Positions 58,582 to 64,000 of a stretch of DNA of 64,000 nucleotides are shown in pieces. Numbering within the stretch: the first letter of the stretch is position 1; every line of letters starts with the position of its first letter. The translations under genes were made by a program, and so were the position numbers. A model generated the notes under the pieces. The model worked only from the letters and a program-made list of their open reading frames with translations, had not been told where the DNA came from and did no database searches. Source of the DNA: Candidatus Latescibacterota bacterium (GTDB lineage: Bacteria > Latescibacterota > UBA2968 > UBA8231); NCBI GenBank assembly GCA_965242865.1, contig CBDETK010000013.1, positions 5,536,001 through 5,600,000 of the forward strand, in the 5' to 3' direction.

Positions 58582-61500
58582 ATGGATATGCCCGGCCAAC
58601 TGTTCACTCATTATTTTTTGACCGACGGCATAAAGGCCACGGCCGAGTGGCAAGCGTCTTGCGCTCAGCCGGAGGCGTTTGCTGCGTTTCGGGACGGCGT
58701 TGCTCGGCGTCTCGACGCGCTCAGCCGTTCCCAAGAGCCTAACGAAGCGGCGACCGAGCAGGACTTGATCCGTCCGGTTTTGGCGTTGCTCGGCTGGGTT
58801 GATTATCTGCCGCAGCAGAGCGGAGCGGGCAATGAGGACATTCCCGATCACCTGCTTTTCGCCGACGCCGACGCCAAGCAGCAGGCCGCGGCCGAGCGCA
58901 ATGCCGGTGCGCGCCTTAGCTACGCGGCGGTCGTTGCAGAGAGCAAACGCTTTGGGCTTTCGCTCGACAGCCGGGAGCGGAGCGGGTCGCCGCACGGGCA
59001 AATCCTCCGGTACTTGGCGACGGCTGAGATCGCGTCGGAGGGACGCGTTCGCTGGGGCATCCTGACCAATGGCCGGGTCTGGCGGCTCTACGACTACCGC
59101 GCCCGACCGCGAGCCAGCGGCTACTTTGAAGTCGATTTGGGCGAATTGCTCGCGCCCGGCAGGGAAGACGATCTCCGCGTCTTTCACCTGCTGTTTTGCC
59201 GTGCGTCCTTCGCGCTCCAAGCTGGGGCCACGACCACGTTCCTCGAAGCGGCGTTGGCCGAGGGACGTCGCTATGAGGAACAGGTCGCGCAAGACCTTTC
59301 TGGGGTGGTGTTTGAGCGCGTGTTTCCCCGTCTCGTCGATGCGCTAGCTGAGGCGTCGGGGCAAAGCCTCGCCGAGAGCCGGGATGCCGCGCTGATTTTC
59401 CTTTACCGCTTGCTGTTTGTGCTCTACGCCGAAGACCGGGGGCTGCTGCCGGTCAACGACGGTCGTTACGACGACTATGGCCTGCGGAAACGAGTGCGAG
59501 ACGACATCGTGCGGCGGATGGCGACGAACGACACGTTCTCGGCCAAGTTCACCCTCTACTACGACCACTTGGTCAATCTTTTCAGAATCATTGAAGAAGG
59601 CGACGAGTCCATTGGGCTGCCGCCTTACAACGGCGGGCTGTTCGCGGCGGATGCCGCGCCGCTATTGGAAACCACTCGCCTCGCCGACGCGCCCCTCGCG
59701 CCGATCATCCATGACCTGAGCCACGTCGAAGGCCGCTTTGTCAACTACCGCGACATGTCCGTGCAACAGCTTGGCTCGATCTACGAGCGGCTGCTGGAGC
59801 GCGAGCCAGTGCGCACCGACGGCAACATTTCCATTCGTCTCAATCCCTACGCTCGCAAGGACAGCGGCAGTTTCTATACCTCGCAGGAACTGGTCGATCT
59901 GATCGTCGAGCGGACCTTGCGACCGCTGGCCGACGAGCGGCTCAATGCTTTTGCAAAAAAGGCGGCGGCGCTCCAAAGCGACCGCCGATCCAAGCAGGAA
60001 CGGCGCGTTGAGCTTGAGCGGTTTGATCCGGCGGTGGCTGTTTTGGACCTCAAGGTCTTGGATCCGGCCATGGGCAGCGGCCACTTCCTCGTCACGGCCG
60101 TAGATTTCCTGTCGGACTACATCGCCGAGTTGATCGAGCGCGTTCCCGCGGTTCCCGAATGGCTCGACGGCGAGTACACGTCGCCGCTGGTGGGGCGCGT
60201 GGCGGCAATTCGGGACGACATTCGCCAGCGAGCCACCGCATCGAATTGGGTCTTGGACGAGGCTCAGCTTACCGACCAAGCCATCATTCGCCGCATGGTG
60301 CTCAAGCGTTGCATCTACGGGGTTGACAAGAATCGGCTGACGGTCGAGTTGGCCAAAGTGTCGCTGTGGCTGCACAGCTTTACGGTGGGTGCGCCGCTGT
60401 CTTTCCTCGACCACCACCTGCGCGGCGGCGACTCGCTGGTCGGCTTGCGGGTGCGCGACGCCACCGATGAGTTGCATCGGCTCGGTGGGATGTTCGCTGG
60501 CAGTGCCATTGCCGGGGCGGAGATGGCCACCGAAGGGATGCAGCGCATTGAGGAGATGTCCGACGCGGATGTGGCCGAGGTGCAGGCGTCTGCCGCGCTG
60601 TTCGACGGGGTGGAGAAGACGACCGCCGACCTTCGCGGCTTGCTCAATTTTTTGTGCGGTTGGCGTTGGCTGACGGCTGGCATGAAGAAGCAGGAACGCG
60701 ATGCGTTTGAGGGGCCGCTGGGCACGACGATCGGCCAGCATCCGGCGGATGCGTATGAGCTATTGGCGCGTGGGCCGGAGGACGACGATGCGCGGTTTGC
60801 CGAGTTGTGGCACGCGGCGCGAAAAATTGCTAACGAGGAAGGCTTTCTGCATTGGGAGGTGGCCTTTCCCGGGGTGTGGCATCAATGGCAAGACCGCTGT
60901 CCGCAGGGCGGCTTTGACGCGGTTATTGGCAATCCGCCGTGGGATCGCATCAAGTTGCAAGAAGTCGAGTGGTTTGCCAGCCGCGCCCCGGAACTCGCGC
61001 TAGCGCCGACAGCGGCGGCGCGACGAAAAGGCATTCAGAATCTGCGCGATCAGAGATCGTCTTTGGCGGCTGAGTTCGACGCAGCCAAGGAACGAGCCGA
61101 CACGCTCGGGCGCTTGGTTCGGGCGTCTGGCGATTATCCGTTGCTCAGTGGCGGCGACATCAACCTCTATTCGCTGTTTGTCGAGCGGGCGATGAGCCTG
61201 ATTAAGCCGGATGGCTTTGTTGGCTTGTTGACGCCGTCGGGCATTTACGCCGACAAGACCGCGGCCCGGTTTTTCAAGTCGGTTTCGACCAAAGGTCAAG
61301 TGGGCGGTCTGTTCGATTTTGAGAACAAGAAAATTTTCTTCAAGGATGTTCACGCTTCATTCAAATTCTGCGCCCTCATCTTGGGCGGCGAGGAGCGCCG
61401 ATTCGACCAAACCGAATGCGCGTTCTTCCTCCACGACACGAAAACAGTCCACGACGAGGACCGCTGCTTTCCGCTGACGCCGGACGACTTCGCCCGCGTG

Positions 61501-62550
61501 AATCCGAATACTAACACCGCGCCCGTGTTCCGCCGCCGGAAGGACGCGGAGATCACGCGATACATCTACGAGTGGCATCCAGTATTGGTGAATCGCTCGG
61601 GAAGAAAAGAGCGCAAGGTGTGGCCGGTGAAATACACGCGTATGTTCGACATGGCGAATGATTCTCACCTCTTCAGAACGGCTGAACAGCTCGATGCGGA
61701 AGGTTTTTATCCCGTTGAGGGCAACCGCTGGAAACGGGGCGAGGAGCTGTATTTGCCGCTGTATCAAGGCCGGATGATTTGGCACTTTGACCACCGCGCC
61801 AACTCGGTTCGCGTCAACCCGGAGAGCACACACAACCCGTACCTCAGCGAGGAAGTAACCCAAGCGCAACACGCCGACCCCCGGTTCCTGCCCCAAACAC
61901 AGTATTGGGTGCCAGCTCACAACGTAGAGGCGGCTTTGCCCCAAAGTCGCGGGTACGCCTTGGGCTTCCGCGACATCACCAATCCTACAAATGAGAGAAC
62001 AGTCATTGCTTCCATCGTCCCATGGGCGGGGTATGGAAACACTATTCCTCTACTCCTCAGTGCCGACCCCTTGGCCACCGCGTATCTCATGGCCAACCTG
62101 AATGCGATATGTGTGGACTTTGTTGCAAGACAGAAGGCTCAAGGTACGCACCTGAATTGGTACATCCTCGAGCAACTCCCCGTTATCGCTCCCGACGCGT
62201 ACGACCAAAAATTCGGCCCCACAACCGCCCGCGACCTCGTCCGCGACCACGTCCTCCGCCTCACATACACCGCCCACGACATGGCTCCTTTCGCCCGCGA
62301 CCTCGGCTACGATGGCGACCCCTTCGTCTGGGACGAAGAGGAACGCCGCCACCTACGCGCCCGCCTCGACGCGCTCTACTTCCACCTCTACTGCTTGTCA
62401 CGCGACGCCGCCGAATACATCCTCGACACCTTCCCCATCGTCCGCCGCGACGACGAAGCCGCCTTCGGAACATACCGCACCCGCGATATGACGCTGGCGT
62501 ACATGAACGCGCTCGCCGCGGGGGATACGGAGACGAAGGTCGCGGTGTAG
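58582..62550 (+). CDS. Type IIG restriction-modification enzyme (Eco57I-like; nuclease + N6-adenine MTase + TRD)
   Basis: IPD..L...ESKR, LTNG..WRLY, GSIYE.LL, DPAMGSGHF, GNPPW. Confidence 0.9.
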   Translation: MDMPGQLFTHYFLTDGIKATAEWQASCAQPEAFAAFRDGVARRLDALSRSQEPNEAATEQDLIRPVLALLGWVDYLPQQSGAGNEDIPDHLLFADADAKQQAAAERNAGARLSYAAVVAESKRFGLSLDSRERSGSPHGQILRYLATAEIASEGRVRWGILTNGRVWRLYDYRARPRASGYFEVDLGELLAPGREDDLRVFHLLFCRASFALQAGATTTFLEAALAEGRRYEEQVAQDLSGVVFERVFPRLVDALAEASGQSLAESRDAALIFLYRLLFVLYAEDRGLLPVNDGRYDDYGLRKRVRDDIVRRMATNDTFSAKFTLYYDHLVNLFRIIEEGDESIGLPPYNGGLFAADAAPLLETTRLADAPLAPIIHDLSHVEGRFVNYRDMSVQQLGSIYERLLEREPVRTDGNISIRLNPYARKDSGSFYTSQELVDLIVERTLRPLADERLNAFAKKAAALQSDRRSKQERRVELERFDPAVAVLDLKVLDPAMGSGHFLVTAVDFLSDYIAELIERVPAVPEWLDGEYTSPLVGRVAAIRDDIRQRATASNWVLDEAQLTDQAIIRRMVLKRCIYGVDKNRLTVELAKVSLWLHSFTVGAPLSFLDHHLRGGDSLVGLRVRDATDELHRLGGMFAGSAIAGAEMATEGMQRIEEMSDADVAEVQASAALFDGVEKTTADLRGLLNFLCGWRWLTAGMKKQERDAFEGPLGTTIGQHPADAYELLARGPEDDDARFAELWHAARKIANEEGFLHWEVAFPGVWHQWQDRCPQGGFDAVIGNPPWDRIKLQEVEWFASRAPELALAPTAAARRKGIQNLRDQRSSLAAEFDAAKERADTLGRLVRASGDYPLLSGGDINLYSLFVERAMSLIKPDGFVGLLTPSGIYADKTAARFFKSVSTKGQVGGLFDFENKKIFFKDVHASFKFCALILGGEERRFDQTECAFFLHDTKTVHDEDRCFPLTPDDFARVNPNTNTAPVFRRRKDAEITRYIYEWHPVLVNRSGRKERKVWPVKYTRMFDMANDSHLFRTAEQLDAEGFYPVEGNRWKRGEELYLPLYQGRMIWHFDHRANSVRVNPESTHNPYLSEEVTQAQHADPRFLPQTQYWVPAHNVEAALPQSRGYALGFRDITNPTNERTVIASIVPWAGYGNTIPLLLSADPLATAYLMANLNAICVDFVARQKAQGTHLNWYILEQLPVIAPDAYDQKFGPTTARDLVRDHVLRLTYTAHDMAPFARDLGYDGDPFVWDEEERRHLRARLDALYFHLYCLSRDAAEYILDTFPIVRRDDEAAFGTYRTRDMTLAYMNALAAGDTETKVAV

Positions 62551-62670
62551 GCGATTTAGGCGGCTATTGACCAGTGTTATAGTGATTTATAATATGTACT
62601 TAGGTCTCTCGGCCAATAACTAAGAGAAACCCCTGATAATGTTTCAAAAGGGAATTATATAGATACCTAA

Positions 62671-63594
62671 GAAGCCTTTTTAAAACTCCTTTTTTGCTTG
62701 GATTTGACGTTGGCGTACTCACCGCACCCCTTCAGGTTTCGCCTAAGACCCCTGAACGAAAGGTCTCCGATGAGTACGCCCTATCAATATCCGACCGACC
62801 TAACAGACGCGCCATGGCAGCGGCGGTCTCCCCTCGTACCCTCTCGTCGTTGGCGTCGGGGGGGTCCGGGTCGTCCTCCCCGTACTCTACGTTTGGTGCT
62901 CAATGGGATCCTCTATCGAGCTAAAACCGGCTGTCCGGGGCCGATGCTACCGCCGACGTTTGGCCCTTGGCAAACAGTGTATGGATACTTCAACCGCTGG
63001 CGACGAGCCGGACCCTGGCAGCGGATGTTGGACGCCTTGACCCGCCAACAGCGCACCCGACAAGGCCGCCGGCCAACCCCTTCGGCCGGCGGCATCGACG
63101 CCCAGCGTGTCAAGACCGCCACGCAAGGCCGAGCTATAGGGTACGACGCCGGGAAACGGGTCAAAGGGCGCAAACGCCACCTGTTCGTCGATAGCCAAGG
63201 CTCGATCCTACAAGGCAAGGTCACCGCCGCCGATGGCTCCGACGCCGACGGCTTAAAGGCCCTGTTGAGGGACTATTTCTCCGCTGGCGTCCAACGGCTG
63301 AGAAGCGTGTGGGTCGATGCCGGCTACCGAGGGGAGGCACTTAACGCATGGGGCGCCAACTTAAAAAAAACCTATAAAATCCGATTGGAGGGCAGCGAAA
63401 AACCACGCCCCGGCTTTACCCTACTCAAGCGCCGATGGGTCGTAGAACGAACCTTTGCTTGGTTGGGCAACTATCGTATCCACGCCAAAGATTATGAGAT
63501 CGTAACCGACAATAGCCAAGCCTTTATACACATCGTTATGATCCATCTGTTGCTCAAGCGAAAAAACAAAGAAAAAGAGTTTTAAAAAGGCTTC
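62671..63594 (+). mobile_element. IS5-family insertion sequence (924 bp)
   Basis: Perfect 18-bp TIR GAAGCCTTTTTAAAACTC; TAA duplicated at 62668-70 and 63595-97. Confidence 0.92.
62770..63585 (+). CDS. IS5-family transposase (some conserved residues look substituted)
   Basis: YPTDLTD, GYDAGKRVKGRKRH..VD..G, WVDAGY, RWVVERTFAW. Confidence 0.88.
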   Translation: MSTPYQYPTDLTDAPWQRRSPLVPSRRWRRGGPGRPPRTLRLVLNGILYRAKTGCPGPMLPPTFGPWQTVYGYFNRWRRAGPWQRMLDALTRQQRTRQGRRPTPSAGGIDAQRVKTATQGRAIGYDAGKRVKGRKRHLFVDSQGSILQGKVTAADGSDADGLKALLRDYFSAGVQRLRSVWVDAGYRGEALNAWGANLKKTYKIRLEGSEKPRPGFTLLKRRWVVERTFAWLGNYRIHAKDYEIVTDNSQAFIHIVMIHLLLKRKNKEKEF

Positions 63595-63786
63595 TAAGCA
63601 TTGTAAATCGGCACTTCAAAAGACGAATCCGCCCCGTGATCGGGCTGCGAGTTTTGGCAAATTTTGTTCAAATGTTCAAAATTTGCCAAATTTTGGACTG
63701 TGGTGTGAGTCACACCCACCGCATCCGCGATCACTTGCTGCGTATAACACGCCAAGAACAGAGCCGCTTAGACAACTATATAAGCC

Positions 63787-63897
63787 CCAAAAATTGTGAT
63801 GCTCCACAGCTTCGTGAAGAAGTCTCAAAAGACACCCAAGAAAGAGCTTGAAACCGCAAGAAAACGACTGTCAGAATTCAGGGCTTCTCAAAATTAG
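63787..63897 (+). pseudogene. C-terminal remnant of a RelE/Gp49-like toxin
   Basis: KIVMLHSFVKKSQKTPKKELETARKRL; no intact N-terminus seen. Confidence 0.65.
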
Positions 63898-63908
63898 GAG
63901 GAATTAAG

Positions 63909-64000
63909 ATGATGACGCACAAAGAATTGATCGCAAAAATGCGGGCGCAGCCCGAATACAAAGAAAAGTATGATGAAGCAGCACCCGAATTTGAATTGCT
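63909..64000 (+). CDS. Probable HTH antitoxin, N-terminus (runs off the window)
   Basis: AGGAGG RBS; MMTHKELIAKMRAQPEYKEKYDE..PEFEL. Confidence 0.6.
   Translation, partial: MMTHKELIAKMRAQPEYKEKYDEAAPEFEL

Noticed and set aside
62553-62567. gatttaggcggctat resembling the MITE family A right end
   Set aside because: Short and gapped, with no partner end or TA duplication found.

Overview
GC-rich bacterial chromosome segment. The many CRTAC1/ASPIC-UnbV, TPR, LRR and YWTD proteins suggest a host-associated (e.g. sponge-symbiont, Latescibacterota-like) lineage, but this is inference. Layout: (1) 1-6.7 kb, an AT-richer, decaying defence/TA island (duplicated hicB, hicA, DUF5131-TcmP fusion, DUF2283, AAA ATPase with a deleted DUF3226 partner); (2) 6.8-27.3 kb, an envelope cluster (PPIase, L-domain lipoprotein, GT-C glycosyltransferase, three CRTAC1-family proteins, DUF6785, MFS/spermidine-synthase fusion, TPR, Tsx-like channel, NCS2 permease); (3) 27.3-30.3 kb, a transposase-less cassette with IS5-type ends and TAA target duplication carrying an LRR-YWTD lipoprotein; (4) 30-48 kb, housekeeping genes; (5) 48.4-53.7 kb, an IS630 remnant, a GIY-YIG protein and an EcoRII/Dcm-type R-M pair between 410-bp direct repeats; (6) 57.8-64 kb, HigBA, a type IIG R-M enzyme and an IS5 element. 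The main discovery is a hierarchy of non-autonomous elements: IS630-ended and IS5-ended MITEs carry the same ATTCCC-N8-GGGAAT palindrome, and a 3-kb IS5-ended cassette carries eukaryote-like protein cargo, with both cognate IS families present in the window. No rRNA, tRNA or CRISPR array was seen. All family calls are from motif recognition by eye, without database searches.
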